Assembly: GCA_965215145.1 (NCBI GenBank)
Contig: OZ244038.1
Span: 3,132,579-3,196,578, forward strand
Length of the DNA: 64,000 bases
Reading direction: 5' to 3'
Source of the DNA: Rhodothermales bacterium
Lineage (GTDB): Bacteria > Bacteroidota > Rhodothermia > Rhodothermales > JANQRZ01
Below the pieces are notes generated by a model that saw only the letters and a list, made by a program, of their open reading frames with translations, made no database searches and was not told the origin of the DNA. A program made the position numbers and the translations under genes. Below are positions 45,004 to 54,128 of the stretch, piece after piece (within the stretch, counting starts at the first letter, position 1; every line of letters starts with the position of its first letter).

Positions 45004-45942
45004 GCGTAGGAGCCGGCCGAGCCCCCAGACCGTCCCCGCTGCCGTGACGGCGTGGCGGGCGAGCCGAAAGAGGCCGTGCCGGCGGAAGGGGGCGGCCGGG
45101 ATCGCCACGAGCGTCTGCCCCGCTCGCTTCACCGCCTTCCCCACCGCGAGCGCCGCCCCGCGCGGCCTCCCAAGCGCGTAGACCGCGAGCTCGGGGTACT
45201 TCGCCGCCGTCATGAACGTCCGCCGGGCGACGTATCCCGGTCGCTGCTTCTCAGCCATCTCGACATGCCGCAAGGCCATCTTGGGGACGTAGTATGTTCG
45301 GTTCCCGAACCGGCGGTAGAGGCGGACAAAGAAATCGGTGTCCTCGCTGAAGAGCGCCCGCCCTGGCCGCATCCCGAGCTCTGGATCGAACCCACCCAGC
45401 TCCTCCAGCAGCACCCGCGCGATGGCCATGTTGCCCCCGGGAAATCCGAACATCGCCTCCATCTCCCCGAGCGGCCCAGCTTCCTGCCGCTGTGCTCGCA
45501 CGACCGATGCAGGGTCGAACCAAGGCGGCGGCGGTGTCTCGAAGAGCGGGTAGATCGGTCCGCCCACGGCACCGGGCGTCGCGCCGAGCGCGCGGACGCC
45601 GCGGCGGAGCCCGTCCAGCCAGCCCGGCTCTACGGTGGCATCGTCGTCGACATAGACGAGGTAGTCGGCCGCGGAGGCGCGGAGGGCAGCGTTGCGGGCG
45701 TGACTCAGCCCCGGCTCGGGCTCGTAGAGCACCCGGATGAACGGGTGCTGCGTGGCCCACGCCGCCGCCACCTCGGCCGTGGCGTCGGTTGAGGCGTTGT
45801 TCACGACGAGTACCTCGGTGTCGCCCCCAATGCCAGGCTGCTCGACGAGCGCGGCGAGGTTCTGCTCGAGGTGCCGCGCCCGGTTGTGGGTGCAGATGGC
45901 GATGGTGAAGGCTAAAGCATCCGACCCCGTCGGAGCCCCCAT
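44986..45942 (-). CDS. Family 2 glycosyltransferase
   Basis: FTIAICTHNRARHL, EVLVVNNASTDAT, GLSHARNAAL and YLVYVDDD (DxD). The ATG at 45942 overlaps the TGA of the upstream gene (ATGA). Confidence 0.85.
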   Translation of the reverse strand: MGAPTGSDALAFTIAICTHNRARHLEQNLAALVEQPGIGGDTEVLVVNNASTDATAEVAAAWATQHPFIRVLYEPEPGLSHARNAALRASAADYLVYVDDDATVEPGWLDGLRRGVRALGATPGAVGGPIYPLFETPPPPWFDPASVVRAQRQEAGPLGEMEAMFGFPGGNMAIARVLLEELGGFDPELGMRPGRALFSEDTDFFVRLYRRFGNRTYYVPKMALRHVEMAEKQRPGYVARRTFMTAAKYPELAVYALGRPRGAALAVGKAVKRAGQTLVAIPAAPFRRHGLFRLARHAVTAAGTVWGLGRLLRGEGRG

Positions 45943-46598
45943 CACCGGGCCCGCCGCCAGCGCTTCCACCACGGCGTCCGGTTCTCCCGCAGCGCGAGGT
46001 CGAGCACGCGCTCGCCGGTGTAGCCGGCGGCGTCGAGCAGCGCGGCACGGCCCTCGGCGGCGTTGAGCGTCTCGGTCGGGAAGACCCGGAAGCGGTCGGG
46101 GTGGCGCGCGGCGAGCCGGTCGGCCTCGGCGTAGTAGGCGTCCCAGTAGCGGCCGAGCGCGGCGGCCTTGTCGGGCTCGTCGAACGAGGGGAAGGCGGGG
46201 TCCCATAGGGGGTCCTCGGCCCAGCCGTCGCCGCCGTGGTCGTACCAGTGGTTGCGGCCCTCGGTCTTCTGGAGGAAGCTGCGGACGGTTTCGGCGCGGT
46301 CCCGCTTCAAACAGACGAACCGCGCTTCCGGCTCGCGCTCAGCGAGGAGCTCGACGTAGGGCAGGAAATACGGCCCGACGTCGCCGAAGAGGGCGTGGCC
46401 GTCGGAGCGCGCGCGGAGCGTGCCGAGCCACCGGTCGAGCGCGTCGGGGTCGGGCTGCCACGGGAGCATCCGGTGGGCGCCGTCGAGCACCCCCTCGTGG
46501 AGGACCCACGCGGCGGGCTGAGCGTCGAGGAGGGTGGCGAGCGAGACCGTGCCGCACCGCCCCGTCCCCATCCCGATCACGAGTTGCCGTCCGTCCAT
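45942..46598 (-). CDS. Sulfotransferase-like P-loop protein (assignment tentative)
   Basis: ATG at 46598: MDGRQLVIGMGTGRCGTVSLATLL resembles a PAPS 5'-phosphosulfate-binding loop (G..R.GT). About 218 aa. Upstream, the track ORF 45942..47030 is Arg/Ser-rich shadow. Confidence 0.5.
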   Translation of the reverse strand: MDGRQLVIGMGTGRCGTVSLATLLDAQPAAWVLHEGVLDGAHRMLPWQPDPDALDRWLGTLRARSDGHALFGDVGPYFLPYVELLAEREPEARFVCLKRDRAETVRSFLQKTEGRNHWYDHGGDGWAEDPLWDPAFPSFDEPDKAAALGRYWDAYYAEADRLAARHPDRFRVFPTETLNAAEGRAALLDAAGYTGERVLDLALRENRTPWWKRWRRAR

Positions 46599-46713
46599 AG
46601 GCCCGCCGTCCGGGTCCGCTGTGGGTGGTGCCGTCTCCGGCGCGGAATCTACGGGGCCGCCCGGCCGCCGCGCCTTCGCGCACTCCTCACCCGCGGCGCC
46701 CCAGCGCCACCCG

Positions 46714-48519
46714 CTAGCGCCGCCGCCCCGCGGAATGCCGGGTCCAGATGACGATGGCGCCGCACGGGCTCGCCAGCCCGCCGAACTGCGCCGGCGTCGT
46801 GCTCGCGCTCGTGTAGACCTCGACGCCCACCACCTCATCGGCCCGGACGAGCCCGTCGAGCCGGAGCGCCCACGCGCTGTCGCCCTGCCGCCCGAGGTCA
46901 TCCGTGGGGTCCCCCTGCCCGAACCCCCGGACGAGGGCGCCGTCCACGACGACGGATGGGCGGCACTCGGCCTTCTGCGTGCCGTGGGCCGAGACGCGCC
47001 CTTCGGGGGTAGTCGGGCGGGGGTTCTCAATAAAGCGCCCGTCGGAGCCGGTCTGGGGGGGTGCCTCGGCGGGGTTCGTGCGGCCCGAGGGGAGGAACGA
47101 CCGTCCGCGCGGCTGCTGCGTGTCGCCCTCGCGGAGCATCGTCAGGCCGGGGACGCGCCCGAGCAGGTCGGTCATCGTCCGCGGCTGCCGGGCCTCGATC
47201 TCTTCGGGCCCGACGAAGTGGCCCCAGCCGGCCTCCTGGCGGTCGTAGAAGCCCGCCGCCGCGAGGGCCGCGTTGAGCCCCTCCGCCTCGACCTCGACCT
47301 GGCCGAGGGCGCGTACGACCTCCATCTCCGGAGGCTCAGAGAAGGAAGAGGGAAGGTCGGGAGCGTTGGCCGCGGCGAGGGCGGCGTCTAGGCGGGGGTC
47401 GAGTGGCTCGGCGTCGAGGGCGGGGCGGTAGTCGTGGGGGAGCCAGTTCGGGAGCCGCTCGTGCCAGCCCCAGTAGCCGCTGACGACGAGGGGGTACGGG
47501 TCGTAGCCCTGCCCCGTGCGGAGGTCCACGCGGGCCTCGCCGGCCGGCGCCTGGAGCCACGACACCTGATCGCCGGGGCGGCGGTTGCCGTCGGGGGCCT
47601 GGCGGAGATAGGCGCGCTCCTCGCGCTCGCCCGTGTAGTCCACCCGGAGGAGCGGGGCGTCGGGCCAGAGCGCGCCCTCGGTGCCGCCGGGAACGGGGCG
47701 GAGGAGATCCCCCGGGCGTCGGACGCGCGCGAGGGCGTCCTGGCCCCGCGCCTCGGAGGTCGAGAGTCGGTGGCGCGTGTTGGCCTGGTACACGCGGAAG
47801 CGGCCGAAGTCACCGTCGGCGAGGGCGTGGACGAAGTGCTGGAGCGACCCCTCATAGGCCCGCTCGCGGGCCCTCGCCCAGCGGTGAGCCTCCCGGTCGT
47901 CGGTCGGCTCGGTCGGGAGGAACCGGGCGTGGCCGCGGAGCGACGCCTCGGCCCCGCGCGACTCGAACGCCGTCAGCGTGTAGGCGACGTGGTAGCCCAG
48001 CGCCCGGTTCGCCACCTCCAGCGGGGCGGAGGCGCGGGCGCGGAGGAGCAGCCCGTCCTCCTCGAACGCGAGCACCTCGGGGTTGAGGAGTTCGGCCTCG
48101 GCGGCGTTCTCACTCTCCCCGAAGAACGCCGCCTCGAACCGGTCGAGCTGCCGGAGCCACGCCGAGCGGTCGAAGGTGACGGTGATGCCGCCGAGCTCCT
48201 CGGTCTGCGGGCGGAGCCGGAACGCGAGCGTGTGTCCACCGGCCCCGACCTGCAGCGGCTGCGTGGCCGGCGCGTACCCGACCATCGTGGCGACGACCTC
48301 GTGGCGACCCGCCGGCACGGCGTCGAGGCGGAACCGCCCCTCGGCGTCGGTGGCCGCGCCCCGCGAGGTGCCGCTGAGGAAGACGTGCGCGCCGGCGAGC
48401 CCCTCTCCGCTCTCGGCGTCCACGACGTGGCCCTCCAGCACTCCGCCCGACGGGGCCTGCGCGAGCGCCGGCAGAGCGGTGACGACGGCGAGGGCGAGGA
48501 GACGCGGCAGGGGACGCAT
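46714..48519 (-). CDS. Carboxypeptidase-regulatory-like (CarbopepD_reg) domain protein with TonB-plug-like C-terminus
   Basis: Signal peptide MRPLPRLLALAVVTALPALAQA. LEGHVVDAESGEGLAGAHVFLSGTSRGAATDAEGRFRL is a classic CarboxypepD_reg beta-sandwich opening. The C-terminus reads LLGRVPGL...VVVDGALV...VVGVEVY. Confidence 0.7.
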   Translation of the reverse strand: MRPLPRLLALAVVTALPALAQAPSGGVLEGHVVDAESGEGLAGAHVFLSGTSRGAATDAEGRFRLDAVPAGRHEVVATMVGYAPATQPLQVGAGGHTLAFRLRPQTEELGGITVTFDRSAWLRQLDRFEAAFFGESENAAEAELLNPEVLAFEEDGLLLRARASAPLEVANRALGYHVAYTLTAFESRGAEASLRGHARFLPTEPTDDREAHRWARARERAYEGSLQHFVHALADGDFGRFRVYQANTRHRLSTSEARGQDALARVRRPGDLLRPVPGGTEGALWPDAPLLRVDYTGEREERAYLRQAPDGNRRPGDQVSWLQAPAGEARVDLRTGQGYDPYPLVVSGYWGWHERLPNWLPHDYRPALDAEPLDPRLDAALAAANAPDLPSSFSEPPEMEVVRALGQVEVEAEGLNAALAAAGFYDRQEAGWGHFVGPEEIEARQPRTMTDLLGRVPGLTMLREGDTQQPRGRSFLPSGRTNPAEAPPQTGSDGRFIENPRPTTPEGRVSAHGTQKAECRPSVVVDGALVRGFGQGDPTDDLGRQGDSAWALRLDGLVRADEVVGVEVYTSASTTPAQFGGLASPCGAIVIWTRHSAGRRR

Positions 48520-48619
48520 GGTAGCAGGGGTTTAGCTCAGACCCAGAAGCTACTGCCGTGGCCTGAGGTCCGAATGCCTCGGGGAGGGCGCTTCCAGGCG
48601 CCGCTCCCTCAGTCTCCCC

Positions 48620-49549
48620 TCACGTGACGGGCACGACGAGGACGGCGCAGGGGGCGAGCCGGCAGACGCGCTCGGTCACGCTCCCGATCAGGAAGCGCTC
48701 GACCCCGTGGAGCCCCTGCTTCGCCATCACGACGGCGTCGGCGCCGCTGGAACGGGCGGCGTCCACGATGGCCTCGGCGGCGCGGCCCTCGACGAGGCGG
48801 TAGCCGATGCGGGCCAGGACGCGGCCCCCGGCCTCAGCCGGCGCGTCGTCCCCGGCGAGCGCCTCGGCCAGCGCGGGCTCCTCAGCGAGCGCCCGGAGGT
48901 GCCGCTCGGCCTCGGCGTGGAGCTCCGGCAGCACGCCGGCCGCCGCCTCGGCCCCCGTCATCGCTTCGAGGAGCGGGACGGGCTCGACGGCGTAGAGCAG
49001 GTCGAGGTCGGCGCCGTAGGCCCCGGCGAGGCCGGCCGCCAGCGGGAGCGCGAGGCGCGACGCCTTCGAGAAGTCCGTCGGCGCGAGGACGAGGCGGCGG
49101 GCGTCGCGCTCGGCGGAGGACTCCGGCACGACCATCACCGGCAGCTCCGTCCGGCGGAGCACCTCGCCGGCGACGCTGCCGAGGAAGAACCGCCGGAGCC
49201 CCCGCCGCCCGGCCGTCCCCACCACGACGAGGTCAGCGCCCTCGCAGTCGGCGTAGGCGAGGATCTCGCGGGAGGCCGGCCCGAACGAGAGTGCCGAGGT
49301 GGCCGCGTCCACGCCGACGCTCCGGAGCATCTTCCTCATCTCCGGCTCGGCGCGCTCCCACAGCGGCCGGTAGAACGCCTGCTCCTTCGGGGGGAGGTCG
49401 CCGTAGGCCGCCTCGTCGAGGCCCGGCACGACGTGGAGCACGTGGAGGTCCGCGTCGGCGCGGCGGGCGAGGTCGGCGGCGCGGCGGAGCGCGGCGCGAG
49501 ACGCGTCGGAGAAGTCGACGGCGGCGAGGATGCGGTTCGGGGCGAACAC
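48620..49549 (-). CDS. Universal stress protein, tandem UspA domains
   Basis: Two Usp halves: ILAAVDFSDASRAAL...HVLHV...DLVVVGTAGRRGL...GSVAGEVLR, and VLAPTDFS...DAVVMAKQGLHGV...GSVTERV. Confidence 0.85.
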   Translation of the reverse strand: MFAPNRILAAVDFSDASRAALRRAADLARRADADLHVLHVVPGLDEAAYGDLPPKEQAFYRPLWERAEPEMRKMLRSVGVDAATSALSFGPASREILAYADCEGADLVVVGTAGRRGLRRFFLGSVAGEVLRRTELPVMVVPESSAERDARRLVLAPTDFSKASRLALPLAAGLAGAYGADLDLLYAVEPVPLLEAMTGAEAAAGVLPELHAEAERHLRALAEEPALAEALAGDDAPAEAGGRVLARIGYRLVEGRAAEAIVDAARSSGADAVVMAKQGLHGVERFLIGSVTERVCRLAPCAVLVVPVT

Positions 49550-49761
49550 AGGCGGGGGCAGATGGCGGTGGGGGGCACGGTCTCGTGCCGGAGGTTACCG
49601 CTCGATGGATCAGGCGGCGGCGGCCGGTCCCGGAACCCCTCGACGGGGGGCGGCCCACGCCGGGGCGGGGGATCCCCCTACGCCCGCCCCCTCGGCTGGC
49701 CGTCCCGGAGCATGTCCGCCGCGAGCCATCTTACACTGACCCCCTCCCCCGCTCCGCCGCC

Positions 49762-50469
49762 GTGCTCGACCTCCCCGTCGTCTTCCTTATCGGGCTCCTG
49801 GGCTCCGCCCACTGCGTCGGGATGTGCGGCGGGTTCGTCGCGCTGCTCGGGCACACGGCGGATTCGGCCCGGAGCGCGCGGCGGCGCCAAGCAGCCTACT
49901 TCCTCGGCAAGACGGCGACCTACGCCGCCCTCGGCGCCCTCGCCGGGTGGGCCGGGAGCGCGGCCGTCACCGTCCCCGGCGCCCAGGGTGCGCTGAGCGT
50001 CGCGCTCGGGCTCGTCCTCGTCGCCGTCGGGCTCGGGCTGTGCGGGGTTGCGCAGCGGCTGCCGGGGGCGGGGCGCGTGGGGGCCTGGGCCGCCGTCCGG
50101 CTCGGCCCCGCCGTCCGCCGCCTCGTCCAGCGGGACCGCGCGGAGGCGCTGTTCGGGCTCGGCGCGCTAAACGGGCTCCTCCCCTGCGGGCTCGTCTATG
50201 GGATGCTCGCCAAGGCCGCTACGGTGGGGAGCGCGGCCGGCGGCGCCCTGACGCTCGCCGCCTTCGGGGCCGGGACCGTCCCTGCGCTCGCCCTCGCCGG
50301 CGCGGCCGGCGCCCTCCTGCCGGCGGCGCGGCGGCTGTGGCTCCAGCGGGCCGGCGGCGTCCTCGTCGTCGCGCTCGGCCTCGTCACCGTTGCCCGCGCG
50401 GCCCTCGCGCTCGCCGCCCCCGAGGCCGCCGCTGCCACCGGCGCCGACCTCCTCTGCCTGCCGCAGTAG
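49762..50469 (+). CDS. TauE/SafE- or DsbD_2-like membrane protein with HCxGMCGG motif (cbb3-cluster associated)
   Basis: The GTG at 49762 within track ORF 49291..50469 gives VLDLPVVFLIGLLGSAHCVGMCGGFVALL... There are about 6 TM segments and a second motif, LLPCGLVY. Proteins of this shape commonly sit next to ccoS/ccoI in Bacteroidota. Confidence 0.65.
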   Translation: MLDLPVVFLIGLLGSAHCVGMCGGFVALLGHTADSARSARRRQAAYFLGKTATYAALGALAGWAGSAAVTVPGAQGALSVALGLVLVAVGLGLCGVAQRLPGAGRVGAWAAVRLGPAVRRLVQRDRAEALFGLGALNGLLPCGLVYGMLAKAATVGSAAGGALTLAAFGAGTVPALALAGAAGALLPAARRLWLQRAGGVLVVALGLVTVARAALALAAPEAAAATGADLLCLPQ

Positions 50470-50492
50470 CCGCGCCGGACGGGGGTTGCCCG

Positions 50493-51062
50493 CTAGCTCA
50501 CGACGTAGACGGCGAACAGGATCAGGCAGAGGACGACGAACGAGGCCAGCATCAGCACCCCGTAGCTGGCGATCTCGAAGTCGGATGGCACGGTGTCGCC
50601 GCGCTCCCAGTGGGGGACGCGGTCGCGGGCGGCGGCCTCCTCGGCCTCCTGCCGGAGCCGCGCCTTCCGGGCCTCGGCGCGCTCGGCCTCGCGGCGGGCG
50701 CGGAAGGCGTCTACGGCCGCGTCGCCGCCGACGTGGAAGCGGCCGTAGGGGCTCCACCGGGTCGTCCCGCCGTCGAGCTCGGCGCGGACGCGCCAGAACA
50801 GCGGGGCGTCGGCCGCGGGGAGGGCGTCGTGCAGGGTGAACGCCGTGCTGTCGCCAGCGCCGAACGCGGTCGTCCCCCGCACGAACTGCCGGTCCGGCCC
50901 GACCTCGAGGTGGTAGCGCCGGGCGCCGGGGACGCCCGCCCATAGGAACGTCACGGCGGCCCCATCCTCGACGGCCCCGCCGAGGGGCGAGAGCGGCCGG
51001 GGCGGCGCGGCGTCGAGGGGTCGGGAGGGCGTCGAGGGGGAAAACGTTGCGGTGGCCGTCAT
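50493..51062 (-). CDS. Hypothetical tail-anchored membrane protein with Ig/FN3-like N-domain
   Basis: VTFLWAGVPGARRYHLEV...LFWRVRA (beta-sandwich-like), then a charged coiled segment and a C-terminal TM (SYGVLMLASFVVLCLILFAVYVV). Its ATG overlaps the ccoS stop (ATGA at 51059-51062). Confidence 0.5.
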   Translation of the reverse strand: MTATATFSPSTPSRPLDAAPPRPLSPLGGAVEDGAAVTFLWAGVPGARRYHLEVGPDRQFVRGTTAFGAGDSTAFTLHDALPAADAPLFWRVRAELDGGTTRWSPYGRFHVGGDAAVDAFRARREAERAEARKARLRQEAEEAAARDRVPHWERGDTVPSDFEIASYGVLMLASFVVLCLILFAVYVVS

Positions 51063-51265
51063 GGCAAGTTCGGGTTGGAGGTTCGAGAGGGAGCGGCCCC
51101 GTCGTCGGCGGCGGGCTCGCGGAGCGGGGGGTCGTCGAGGAGGATGCGGAGCGCGGGCGTCTCGACGTCGTCGAACTGCCCGTCGCGGACGGCCCAGCGG
51201 AAGGCGCCCACGCCGAGGCCGGCGAGGAGCAGCGCGAGGGGGACGAGGACGAAGAGGACGGTCAT
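51059..51265 (-). CDS. ccoS: cbb3 oxidase maturation protein CcoS/FixS
   Basis: ATG at 51265: MTVLFVLVPLALLLAGLGVGAFRWAVRDGQFDDVETPALRILLDD. A single TM followed by GQFDD is the CcoS signature. Confidence 0.75.
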   Translation of the reverse strand: MTVLFVLVPLALLLAGLGVGAFRWAVRDGQFDDVETPALRILLDDPPLREPAADDGAAPSRTSNPNLP

Positions 51266-51281
51266 AGGAGGCGGGCGCTCA

Positions 51282-53792
51282 TCACCCGGAGCCAGCATGA
51301 GGCCGGCGGAACGAGGGCTGGAGGATGGCGAGGCCGACGACGGCGAGCGACGAGAGCGGCATCGCGACGGCCGCGACGAGCGGCGTCACGAGCCCGGCTA
51401 CGGCCGCCGCCGCGCCGGCGGCGTTGTAGGCGAGCGAGACGGCGAGGAGCCGGCGGACCGTCCGCATCACGGCGCGGGCGCCCCCGAGGAGCTCGGCCAC
51501 GGCCGCGACGCCGGGGCGCGTCAGGAACACGTCGGCCGCGACGAGGCTGGCCGTGGCCCCGCCCCCGACGGCGACCCCCACGTCGGCGGCGCGGAGGGCG
51601 GCGGCGTCGTTCACCCCGTCCCCCACCATCAGCACCACGCGGCCCCCGGCCTGGAGCCGCTCGACGGCGGCGCGCTTGCCCTCGGGCGAGACGCCCCCGC
51701 GCGCCCGCTCCGGCGGGAGCCCGAGGCGATGGGCCACGGCGGCGACGGCGGCGGGGTGGTCGCCGGAGAGGAGGTAGACCGCCTTCCCCTCCCCCTCCAG
51801 CGTGCGGATCAGCGGCGCGGCGTCGTCGCGGATCCGGTCGCCGAGGGCGGCGACGCCGGCCCACGTTTTACCTACGAGCACGGCGACGGGGGTGTGGCCC
51901 TCGCCCGCGAACCGGCAGAACGCGGAGCGGAGCTCCGGCGGCGGCTCCCCCTCCGCCTGCTCCGCACACCACGCCAGCCGCCCGACGACGACCGTCCTTC
52001 CAGCCACCTCCCCCCGGACGCCGCTCCCCGCGACGGCCTCGAACCGCTCGACGGGGAGCACGCTCGGGTCGGCGACCTGCGCCCGCACGAGCGCGGCGGC
52101 AACGGGGTGATTCGAGTGGGCCTCGAGTGCGGCGGCGAGCCGGAGCGCCTCGGCGTCGCCGGCCCACTCGACGAGCGCCATCTGGCCCTCGGTGAGGGTG
52201 CCGGTCTTGTCGAGCACGACGGCGTCCACGTCGGTCAGCCGCTGCGTGGCCTCGTCGGTCTTGACGAAGAGGCCGGCGCGCGCGGCCCGCCCGGCGGCGA
52301 CGGCCATCGCCAGCGGCGTCGCCATGCCGAGGGCGCAGGGGCAGGTGATGACGAGCAGCGCGGCGACGTGGAAGGCGGCCCGGCTCGGGTCGAGCCAGAG
52401 CCACAGCGCGGCCGTGACGGCGGCGAGCACGAGCACGCCGAGGACGAATACGCCCCCGAGCCGGTCGGCGAGGAGCACGACGGGGGCGCGGCGGTCGGCC
52501 TCGCGGACCCACGCCAGCAGCCGTCCCACGCGGGTCGCCTCCCCGACGGCGTCGGTGCGGACGCGGAGGGGGGCTTGCAGGTTCGTCGCGCCGGCGGCCA
52601 CGCGCGCGCCCTCGGCGGCGGGCACGGGCCGGGCCTCCCCCGTCAGCACGGCGTTGTCGAGCCGGCTTTCTCCCCGCACCACGACGCCGTCCACGGGGAC
52701 GACCTCGCCGGCCGGGACCTCAACCACGTCCCCCGGCTGAAGCTCGTCCTGCCGGATGACCTCGACGGTGCCGCCCTCCCCCACCCTCCGGGCCATCGTC
52801 GGGACGAGCGTGAGGAGCCGCTCGGCGGCCTCGCCGGCGAGGCGGCGGCTGCGGAGCTGGAGGTACCGCGCCGTCAGCAGCGCGGCGACGAGGACGGCCA
52901 CGGAGTCGAACCAGACCTCGCCGCGGCCGGTCACCGTCGCCCACGCGCTGTGGCCGAACCCGACGGCGACGCCGAGCGCGATGGGGGTGTCCATGTGGAG
53001 CCGCCGGCCGTCGCGGGCGCGAACGGCGGCGCGGACCGACGCCCACGCCCGCCGGAAGAACGGGGCGGCGCCGTAGCCGACGGCCGGGACGGTGAGGGCC
53101 AGCGAGGCCCACCGCGCCGCCGTCGCCATCGGCCCGCCCGCCACGTCGAGCCCGGAGTAGAGCGCGAAGGCGACGAGCATCACGTTCCCCGCCAGCGCCC
53201 ACGCAACGCCAAGCCGGACGAGCAGCCGCCGCTCGGCCTCCGTCCGCCGGCCCAGCGCCTCGGAGCGCGCCGGCCGCGCGGCGTACCCGAACCGGGCCAG
53301 CCACGCCGCCACGGCCGAGAGCCGGACGCGCGCGGGGTCGAACGTCAGCGCGAGCCGGGCGCGGGGGAGGTCGAGCCGGGCGCCCGCCACACCCTCCATC
53401 TCAAAGGGCAGCCGCTCGACGAGCCACACGCACGCGGCGCAGTGGACGCCGTCCACGAAAAGCTCGCACGCGCGGAGGCCGCCGTCGGCGGGCCGCGTCT
53501 CTTCTTCCAGGAACCGCGCGGTGTCGAGCTCGGCGAGCTGGAGCGCGTCGGGCGCCGCGGGCCGCGCGGCCGGACGCTCGCGGCCCACGGCGCGGAGGCG
53601 GTAGAAGGTCTCCCCGAAGCCGGCCGAGCCGAGCGCCTCGTGGACGACGGCGCAGCCCGTGCAGCAGAACGCCCCGGTGTTCTGCAAGACGGGCGCGGGG
53701 CCGACGGGGAGGCCGCAGTGCGCGCACGGCGTCTCCGGCGCGGCCCGTGCGATGCTCGGCGGCCGGGCGGTATCGGCCACGGCCGCGCTCAC
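51282..53792 (-). CDS. ccoI: Copper-translocating P1B-type ATPase CcoI/FixI
   Basis: CAHCGLPV and FCCTGCAVVHE (N-terminal metal motifs), a CPC transmembrane motif, DKTGTLT (phosphorylation site), and GDGVNDAAAL. The GTG start at 53792 overlaps the upstream stop (GTGA). The track ORF extends to 53915. Confidence 0.9.
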   Translation of the reverse strand: MSAAVADTARPPSIARAAPETPCAHCGLPVGPAPVLQNTGAFCCTGCAVVHEALGSAGFGETFYRLRAVGRERPAARPAAPDALQLAELDTARFLEEETRPADGGLRACELFVDGVHCAACVWLVERLPFEMEGVAGARLDLPRARLALTFDPARVRLSAVAAWLARFGYAARPARSEALGRRTEAERRLLVRLGVAWALAGNVMLVAFALYSGLDVAGGPMATAARWASLALTVPAVGYGAAPFFRRAWASVRAAVRARDGRRLHMDTPIALGVAVGFGHSAWATVTGRGEVWFDSVAVLVAALLTARYLQLRSRRLAGEAAERLLTLVPTMARRVGEGGTVEVIRQDELQPGDVVEVPAGEVVPVDGVVVRGESRLDNAVLTGEARPVPAAEGARVAAGATNLQAPLRVRTDAVGEATRVGRLLAWVREADRRAPVVLLADRLGGVFVLGVLVLAAVTAALWLWLDPSRAAFHVAALLVITCPCALGMATPLAMAVAAGRAARAGLFVKTDEATQRLTDVDAVVLDKTGTLTEGQMALVEWAGDAEALRLAAALEAHSNHPVAAALVRAQVADPSVLPVERFEAVAGSGVRGEVAGRTVVVGRLAWCAEQAEGEPPPELRSAFCRFAGEGHTPVAVLVGKTWAGVAALGDRIRDDAAPLIRTLEGEGKAVYLLSGDHPAAVAAVAHRLGLPPERARGGVSPEGKRAAVERLQAGGRVVLMVGDGVNDAAALRAADVGVAVGGGATASLVAADVFLTRPGVAAVAELLGGARAVMRTVRRLLAVSLAYNAAGAAAAVAGLVTPLVAAVAMPLSSLAVVGLAILQPSFRRPHAGSG

Positions 53793-54034
53793 CGGCCGGT
53801 GTCGTAGGGCGAGCCCTCGATGACCTGCACGCCGCCGTCGGAGTTCGCCGCGATCACGGTGCCGACGGCGGCGGCGACGCTGAGGAGCAGGAGGAACACG
53901 ACGAACGCGGGCCACGCGATGTGCGGCGGCACGAGCGGCGGGCGGCGGGGCGGCGGCTGAGGGGCGGCCGGGGCGCCGTCGCCGGCGTGGGCGTTCGAGG
54001 AGAAGGCGTCGGTCACGGGAGCGGGGGAGGGCAC
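53789..54034 (-). CDS. Small membrane protein, FixH-like N-terminus (tentative)
   Basis: 81 aa with a single TM, WPAFVVFLLLLSVAAAVGTVIAANS. It occupies the position, immediately upstream of and overlapping ccoI, where FixH-type proteins usually lie. It is much shorter than typical FixH. Confidence 0.4.
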   Translation of the reverse strand: MPSPAPVTDAFSSNAHAGDGAPAAPQPPPRRPPLVPPHIAWPAFVVFLLLLSVAAAVGTVIAANSDGGVQVIEGSPYDTGR

Positions 54035-54128
54035 GGTGCGAAGGTGCGGCGACGGGGCTCCGGAGGATGCCGGTGCCGGGGGTGCCCGCCGGGCCGGGCG
54101 ACGGCCCGCCGCCGTGTGGGGGACGGCC

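Noticed and set aside
51047-53807. Plus-strand ORFs 51047..52195 and 51075..53807 (382 and 910 aa), extremely Arg-rich
   Set aside because: They are antisense to the ccoI P-type ATPase, whose frame contains the CPC, DKTGT and GDGxND motifs. Composition such as RRRRGRRRG is not protein-like.
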